This document shows, piece by piece, positions 26,874-32,966 of a stretch of 32,966 nucleotides of DNA. Positions within the stretch are counted from its first letter, which is position 1, and each line of letters begins with the position of its first letter. Position numbers and translations under genes: made by a program. Source of the DNA: Clostridiaceae bacterium (lineage in GTDB: Bacteria > Bacillota > Clostridia > Clostridiales > Clostridiaceae). Location of the stretch: the NCBI GenBank assembly GCA_039809845.1, contig JBDHVQ010000001.1:1-32966 (forward strand). Direction: 5' to 3'. Under the pieces are notes generated by a model. The model was not told the origin of the DNA. It saw nothing but the letters and a program-made list of their open reading frames with translations, and did not search any database.

Positions 26874-28178
26874 TTACTCATCTGGTGACGGTGGTACATT
26901 CTTGATAAGAATACTGACAACAGAGTCTTGTTCCCTGTCGACGATAATTTCCGTCAGTCCGTATTCTGTCTCTCCGATGGTGTATACAGCCATATCATTG
27001 TGGACGTAAATTTCATGTTTCATGCCGGCAATTTTCTTTTTTAATTCCTCTTCTGTAATTCCGTTTTTTATTCCTCCGGCAGCTTCTATTTTTATGTTGG
27101 TTCCACCGAATCCATATCCGTCAGGAGATATTTCAGTTACCCATGTATTTTCAGCATTCTGTTCAAAATCAGAATAATTCTTAAGGGAAATCATTACCTT
27201 TTTATTGTCTTTCATAAGATAAATCCCTGAAGTATATTCCTGCATTGATTTTAAAGTCTTGGGTCCGTTAATCAGTCTCCAGCCGTCTTCCAAAAATACT
27301 GAAAGTGGTGCCGGAATTTTATAAATCAGATCTTTTACTTTAAGAGTGTGACTGAAAATATCATCTGATACTGAAGAAGGTCTTACATAATTCAGTATTT
27401 CAGGTGGAATTTCACCAGAAACCGACTGAGTTTTCCTCTGTGCCTGTACATTACCGTCATTTCTTGGATTGGTCATGGATATTTCAGCGATACTGCCATC
27501 CCTTGAATCAAATGATATCGAAACCATCCTGCCGAAGTTATTTTCATAATTTACAGTTGAATAGGTTCCGGTTGATTTTTCGGAAGTCGGGAATCCATAT
27601 GCGTTTTCCACTTCTTCCCTCTTTGAATTTTCAGTTATTCCTCCAGGGAGAAGGATATTGGGATGACCGTCAGATTTAAAATCCCCAACTGGAATACTGA
27701 GATAAACTACCGAAGCTTCAGAAGGAGAAATACTGTCAGGACTTGTGATATTAATAATCCTTACATTGATTCTTCTATTTCCCTTTTTTAAATATACAGT
27801 TCCCGTCTCTGAATCCGGTGCAATTTTTAAGGGAAGATTTCCTTCCACTTCCCATCCTGCATCCAGAAAATCCCCGAATCTTTCCGGGATGTTAAAAACT
27901 ATTCCCTCAATTGAAATGGTATATGAAAAAATATCCCATCCAAGTGAATCTTCTTCTTTATCATCCGATTCTTTTTCAGTGACGACTTTCCTGACATCTT
28001 CAGAACCTTTATCATTTTCACTGTATTTATATTCAGTGGCTGTCGTAGAAGTGATTGTCTCCTTAGGGACATTTTTATTGTCCCCTGAAGGAGCAGCTCC
28101 CCTGACTTCGGTATTTTCTGCAAAGACAGAAAAGGTAAGAATCATCAGAGAAACCAGGTAAAACTTTGTTCTTGACAT
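26874..28178 (-). CDS. Secreted hypothetical protein with two internal repeated domains
   Basis: Signal peptide, AGGAG RBS; DIFS.T....I.Y/F.IP.....FL..GW...Y L.K...GGI occurs twice. Confidence 0.85.
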   Translation of the reverse strand: MSRTKFYLVSLMILTFSVFAENTEVRGAAPSGDNKNVPKETITSTTATEYKYSENDKGSEDVRKVVTEKESDDKEEDSLGWDIFSYTISIEGIVFNIPERFGDFLDAGWEVEGNLPLKIAPDSETGTVYLKKGNRRINVRIINITSPDSISPSEASVVYLSIPVGDFKSDGHPNILLPGGITENSKREEVENAYGFPTSEKSTGTYSTVNYENNFGRMVSISFDSRDGSIAEISMTNPRNDGNVQAQRKTQSVSGEIPPEILNYVRPSSVSDDIFSHTLKVKDLIYKIPAPLSVFLEDGWRLINGPKTLKSMQEYTSGIYLMKDNKKVMISLKNYSDFEQNAENTWVTEISPDGYGFGGTNIKIEAAGGIKNGITEEELKKKIAGMKHEIYVHNDMAVYTIGETEYGLTEIIVDREQDSVVSILIKNVPPSPDE

Positions 28179-28568
28179 ACAATTCTCCTGTTTTAATAAT
28201 ACAGACTTATTGTATCAGCACCTTATTAAAAAGACATTTAACATATGTTACAGAAGTCCCGCAAAAACCAGACTTAAAAAGCCATTTAAGTTCATCTCCA
28301 GTGCCCTTGGAAGAGTAATTCTATTTTCAAACTTTCTATTCTCAGAACAGTCGTTTTAAACTTAAATTTACCCCCTGAAAAATCCAAATATCAAATACCC
28401 AAAGAATATTATCCCCGTTGTTACTCTGTTTTACCTGTTTCCATAAACCGGTAAATTACTATTGATGTTCATGATTATTTTTTCTTTTAAACAAATAATA
28501 AACATCGGTGAATTTTTTTCATATAAGTGATATACTGAAAAAATATTATCATATTGGGGGTTTTAACA

Positions 28569-29774
28569 TTGGAAGGTAAAAAATGGTACAACAGTTTTCT
28601 TGTAAAACTCATTGCTGCCATCGTACTGGGTATTCTCATAGGTCTGATATCCGGTGAAGGTGCAATTCAGTTTATCGGTTCACTGAAAGCTTTCCTCGGA
28701 CAGGTTATAGGATATATTGTTCCTCTTATAATCCTCGGGTTTATAACGCCGGCGATTATTAGCCTTAAGGAAGAAGCGGGAAAGATGCTTGGAGTAACAC
28801 TAATAATCTGCTATATTTCATCCGTCGGTGCTGCACTCTTCTCCATGGCTGCAGGGTACATCATAATCCCAGGGCTTAATATCTCTTCTTCAAATGAAGG
28901 ATTGAGGGAACTTCCGGATCTTCTTTTCAACCTCAATGTCACGCCTATAATGCCCGTTATGACTGCACTTGTAACATCAGTCCTCATAGGACTCGCTGTA
29001 ATATGGACCGATGCAGAAAGAACAGCTGAGCTTTTTTCTGAATTAAACAGAATAGTTCTCGTTCTTGTAGATAAGGTTGTACTTTTCATTCTTCCGATAT
29101 TCATAGCAGCGACCTTTGCTACACTTGCCTATGAAGGTGCAATAATCAAAAGACTCCCTGTATTTCTCATAATAATACTAATTGTAATAATAGGTCATTT
29201 CATCTGGATGGCACTCCTTTACGGTATTGGAGGGGCCTTGTCCCATACAAATCCCAGTGAAGTATTCAGACACTATGGTCCCGCCTATGTAACAGCCCTC
29301 GGTACAATGAGTTCTGCTGCAACTCTTTCAGTGGCTTTAAGATGTGCAGGAAAAGCAAAGACTCTTGATCCTAAAATAAGGGACTTCGTCATACCACTGT
29401 GTTCAAATACCCACCTTTGCGGATCCGTTCTTACAGAAGTGTTTTTTGTAATGACAGTTTCCCAGATACTCTACGGTCAGCTTCCGTCATTGGGTACAAT
29501 GATTACATTCTCCCTTCTCCTTGGAATTTTTGCCATTGCAGCTCCCGGTGTTCCCGGAGGCACGGTAATGGCTTCCCTTGGACTAATAACATCAGTACTG
29601 GGATTTACAGACACAGGAACCGCCCTCATGCTGTCAATATTTGCTTTGCAGGACAGTTTTGGAACAGCATGCAACATAACAGGTGATGGTGCCATAGCAC
29701 TCATGATAACAGGACTCTTTAAAAGGGTGCCGGGAAGAGACTTTGGAAGTGTAAAAACTTACGATGAAATCTAA
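28569..29774 (+). CDS. Dicarboxylate/amino acid:cation symporter (SDF/DAACS family)
   Basis: TMSSAATL, IPLCSNTHLCGS, APGVPGG, QDSFGTACNITGD. TTG start after GGGGGT; alternative start 28554. Confidence 0.94.
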   Translation: MEGKKWYNSFLVKLIAAIVLGILIGLISGEGAIQFIGSLKAFLGQVIGYIVPLIILGFITPAIISLKEEAGKMLGVTLIICYISSVGAALFSMAAGYIIIPGLNISSSNEGLRELPDLLFNLNVTPIMPVMTALVTSVLIGLAVIWTDAERTAELFSELNRIVLVLVDKVVLFILPIFIAATFATLAYEGAIIKRLPVFLIIILIVIIGHFIWMALLYGIGGALSHTNPSEVFRHYGPAYVTALGTMSSAATLSVALRCAGKAKTLDPKIRDFVIPLCSNTHLCGSVLTEVFFVMTVSQILYGQLPSLGTMITFSLLLGIFAIAAPGVPGGTVMASLGLITSVLGFTDTGTALMLSIFALQDSFGTACNITGDGAIALMITGLFKRVPGRDFGSVKTYDEI

Positions 29775-29806
29775 TCATTATTTTTAAACTTAACAGCATA
29801 ATACAA

Positions 29807-29850
29807 AATATGGCCATGGAAATCAGTGGAAACTGTCCCATGGCCATATT
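29807..29850. terminator. Bidirectional intrinsic terminator
   Basis: AATATGGCCATGG / CCATGGCCATATT between convergent genes. Confidence 0.82.
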
Positions 29851-29897
29851 ATTTTTTCAGTCAGCTGTTCTTATTATTTCAGTCTGATTCCTTATTC

Positions 29898-30740
29898 CTA
29901 TCTTTCAACAGAAGGTTTCTTAAGTTCAACTGAGAGACTTCCGGATACTGTAGTTACAGCCACCGGCGAATCCTTTGAAACTTTAAAATCTGAAGATCCG
30001 CTGACAGTCGAGAAATTCACTGATTCAAGTCCCTCTGCAAGTATAAGCTTTATACCTCCTGAGACAGTTTCAGCCGATATATTTTTGAACTTCTGTAGAT
30101 TTTCTGCAGTGACGTTTCCTGAGGTGGAAGAAACTGATATTTTTTCAGAATTGACCTCAGATTCAATGTTACCGCTGGCTGAACGTATTTCAACAGATGG
30201 TGATGTCAGTTTTTCTGTGCTGATAGCCCCTGAAACAGTATCCACTGCGGCTTTACCTGAAGAGATGACATTTTTGACTTCCACTTCACCCGATACTGAA
30301 CTTAAGGTAAGATTCTTTGATTTTAAATCTTTGACTTCAATATCCCCGGATACAGTGGTGATTTTTACTGTTTCGAATTTATCCATCCATTTTTGAGGTA
30401 CTGAAACTTCAAGTGTATATTCTTCACTGAAGAAATCAAATCCCTTATTTTTGTATATGTCACTGATAATAAGAGTATCTTCTGATATCACGGGTTTTGC
30501 ATGATACTTTTCAGGGACTCCATTTTTGCCCTTATGAACTATATAAACAGTATTTCCGTTATATGGTTTAAGTTCGACTTTACCGGCAGACCAATCAATT
30601 TTAACGGATTTAATTTCACCTTCCGGTCTGAATTCGACGGTGTTTTCACCTTCAGCTGCAGCAGTAATGGAAGCATGGAAAAGTGCTGACCCTAGGATAA
30701 AGGAAACTGCAAATACCAACACACCTCTTAAAGATTTCAT
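29898..30740 (-). CDS. Secreted DUF4097-like beta-strand repeat protein
   Basis: Signal peptide, GGAGG RBS, repeated (T/S)VSG.I.V units. Confidence 0.88.
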   Translation of the reverse strand: MKSLRGVLVFAVSFILGSALFHASITAAAEGENTVEFRPEGEIKSVKIDWSAGKVELKPYNGNTVYIVHKGKNGVPEKYHAKPVISEDTLIISDIYKNKGFDFFSEEYTLEVSVPQKWMDKFETVKITTVSGDIEVKDLKSKNLTLSSVSGEVEVKNVISSGKAAVDTVSGAISTEKLTSPSVEIRSASGNIESEVNSEKISVSSTSGNVTAENLQKFKNISAETVSGGIKLILAEGLESVNFSTVSGSSDFKVSKDSPVAVTTVSGSLSVELKKPSVER

Positions 30741-30826
30741 CGCCTGATAACCTCCGCGGAAATTATATTCCCATTGATTTTTTTGGTTCCAGATAAATTA
30801 TAAAAAGAATCAATTAAAAAAGGGTG

Positions 30827-30900
30827 AAAGTTATTCCATCCAGATTATTCGGGTCAGGTTATTCCAGTCAGGTTATTTGTCACTTCAAGGTTATCTCTTC
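30827..30900. repeat. Degenerate 14 bp tandem array
   Basis: AAAGTTATTCCATC CAGATTATTCGGGT CAGGTTATTCCAGT CAGGTTATTTGTCA .. AAGGTTATCTCTTC. Confidence 0.65.
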
Positions 30901-30925
30901 CAGTTATAGTCCACCTCATAACAAT

Positions 30926-30973
30926 AAAAAAATGAAGACACAAATTAATACTGGATTCCAATGTGTCTTCATT
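30926..30973 (-). terminator. Intrinsic terminator between the paralogs
   Basis: AATGAAGACACA / TGTGTCTTCATT with a minus-strand U-tract. Confidence 0.72.
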
Positions 30974-31098
30974 CTGTTTCTTTCGTTATGATTCTTATAT
31001 TATGTCCCGGGAAGCCGTTAAATGGTGTTTTTTATATTTCACCTTTATATTCTCCATGGTCACTTTTTGCCCTTATCAGGTATAGATCAGATATGGAT

Positions 31099-31950
31099 TT
31101 ATCTTTCAATATCCGTTTTATGTTTCTTAAGTTTTACCTTAAGATCACCTGATTATGTTTCAACTTTTACCTTTGAGTCCTTTGATACTGCAAAATCTGT
31201 GGATCCGCTCTTTGAAGTGAAATCAACAGCGCTGAGACCTTCTGCCAGTTTAAGTTCTACTTCACCGGAAGCTGTTTTAACTGAAATTGATTTGAATTCA
31301 TTTAGGTTTTCTATTTCTACTTCGCCGGATTTACTCTCAGTTTTGATTTCTTCTGTAACTGCCTTATATTCAATGTCTCCGCTTGTTGATTTAAGCACTG
31401 CAGAGGGACTTTCAAAATCACCGACTTCTATTTCCCCTGAATCTGTGGTTATTTCAGTTGATTTTAAAGAAGATGCCTTCTCGACATCCGCTTCCCCGGA
31501 AATGGTGGTGAGTTTAAGTATCTGGGTTTTGAATCCCCTGACTTTGATATCTGCAGAATCTGTTTTTATTTCGATGGTTTCCATCTTTTCCATCCATCCC
31601 TGCGGCACAGAAATTTCTATACTGAATTCCTGATTAACAGTCCCTGTTCCACTTTTATAAACATCGGGGATTGTCAGGATTCCACCTTTAATTTCAGGTT
31701 TTACATTATATTCTTCAGTGATTTCTCCATTGGAAGTCTGGAGAATATAAATACTCTTACCTATGTAGGGCTTCAAAGTTACCTTTCCTGCTGTCCATTC
31801 CACTGAAACAGAATTTACTTCACCTTCAGGTCTCATTTCGAGGGAATTATATTCCGGAGCGCCAAGAGCTGGCATTGTATCGGTAAAAAATACCATTCCT
31901 ATGACAAGGGTAAATAAAAGGACAAATATTCATTTAAATACTTTTCTCAT
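31099..31950 (-). pseudogene. DUF4097-like paralog with two in-frame stop codons
   Basis: ATG 31950 gives MRKVFK*IFVLLFTLVIG, in frame with ORF 31153-31896. Past TAA 31153-31155 the frame continues SGDLKVKLKKHKTDIER*, matching the paralog end SGSLSVELKKPSVER*. Confidence 0.8.
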
Positions 31951-32039
31951 ATTGATTACCTACTTAAACTAATTATTTTTTCTTTATATTTAATTATACT
32001 GATAAATAGATAAAAGGGGAATGAAATGAAAACCTCAAT

Positions 32040-32900
32040 TCACTGATTTTCTCTTTTTCTCCTTGCAGAAAGAACTGCTTCCATTGCTGCAGATCTGAAG
32101 TTCTTATTGTCTAAGGTTCTTACTCCTTCTATTGTAGTACCTCCGGGACTTGTTACCATGTCCTTCAACTGGGCAGGGTGAAGTCCTGTTTCAAGTACCA
32201 TGGCCGCAGCTCCCATTACAGTCTGGGCTGCACTTTCTATGGCAGTTTTTCTGTCCATTCCCATATGGACTCCGGCATCTGACAATGCTTCTATGAAAAT
32301 ATATGTGAACGCAGGGGAACATCCTGTAAGGGCTCCTGTTTCCGCCACCATCTTATCGGTCATGACGGCAGTTCTTCCGAAGGAATTCAGAAGGTATTCC
32401 ACTTCATTCTTTTCTTCTTCAGTCATCTCTTCAGAAGGCCCCATAAGTGTCATGCCATGACCTACCATCGAGGGGGTATTTGGCATAATGACACAGGGCT
32501 TTATATTTCTTCCGGGAAAAAGTGTCAGAATATCGTTGTTCATCATTCCCGGTGCCACGGAAATGACTACTGATCCAGGTTTTAAACTGTCCATTATCTC
32601 ACCTGACACGTCCCTGTACTGAAACGGCTTGACTGTAAGAAATATAATATCCGCATCCTTTACTGCATCTGAATTTGTATCCGCTGTCATGACACCAAGT
32701 TCAGCCGCCCGGCTTTTAAGCTTTTCCATATCACGGCCTGTTACAATTATCTTATCAGGGGATACTCTTCCTGATTCAGTCATTCCCTTAGCCATGGCAT
32801 AAGCCATATTACCGAATCCCAGAAAACACACAACCTTTCCGTGAAGGCCCATGCTTTCTTCATCATTAATTGTTACAGTTACTCTGCTGTTCTTTTCCAT
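32040..32900 (-). CDS. proC: Pyrroline-5-carboxylate reductase
   Basis: FLGFGNMA, LTVKP, MPNTP, GCSPAF, VTSPGGTTIEG. Confidence 0.97.
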   Translation of the reverse strand: MEKNSRVTVTINDEESMGLHGKVVCFLGFGNMAYAMAKGMTESGRVSPDKIIVTGRDMEKLKSRAAELGVMTADTNSDAVKDADIIFLTVKPFQYRDVSGEIMDSLKPGSVVISVAPGMMNNDILTLFPGRNIKPCVIMPNTPSMVGHGMTLMGPSEEMTEEEKNEVEYLLNSFGRTAVMTDKMVAETGALTGCSPAFTYIFIEALSDAGVHMGMDRKTAIESAAQTVMGAAAMVLETGLHPAQLKDMVTSPGGTTIEGVRTLDNKNFRSAAMEAVLSARRKRENQ

Positions 32901-32966
32901 AAATTACTCCATATACTATTATGCTTTTACATTTTTTTGCTTTGATGCTTTTTTGCTTTAATACTT

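Noticed and set aside
31022-31633. 203 aa plus-strand ORF
   Set aside because: Antisense shadow of the DUF4097-like repeat gene.
31930-31932. Selenocysteine or alternative genetic code at the in-frame TGA
   Set aside because: It lies in a signal peptide, no SECIS-like hairpin is evident, the second lesion is TAA, and TGA ends other genes normally.

Overview
Low-GC Firmicute (Clostridia-like) chromosomal window with mostly housekeeping and cell-envelope genes. In order: a partial membrane protein; a Fur-boxed feoA-feoA-feoB operon with a truncated Fur-like winged helix and a small Cys-rich membrane gene missed by the ORF track; an OmpR/HAMP-kinase two-component pair; msrB; an ABC-2 permease coupled to a catalytically degenerate ATPase; tRNA-Leu(GAG) followed by a decayed HigBA/RelE-type toxin-antitoxin module and a 5'-truncated, frameshifted FtsX-like permease; a preQ1-riboswitch queL-queT queuine salvage operon; the polA-coaE-transglycosylase operon extended by a DUF2161-like nuclease; a crcB pair; a G5 protein; tRNA-Leu(CAA); several secreted or membrane proteins; a GDPD; an SDF symporter; two tandem DUF4097-like genes, one with two in-frame stops; and proC. 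I saw no integrase, transposase or CRISPR array. Many intergenic spacers hold short degenerate tandem arrays with 10-14 bp periods. No novel system is proven. The best candidates are the possible split FeoC-like module, the pseudo-ATPase ABC pair and the variant preQ1 aptamer. Family assignments come from motif recognition, not database searches.
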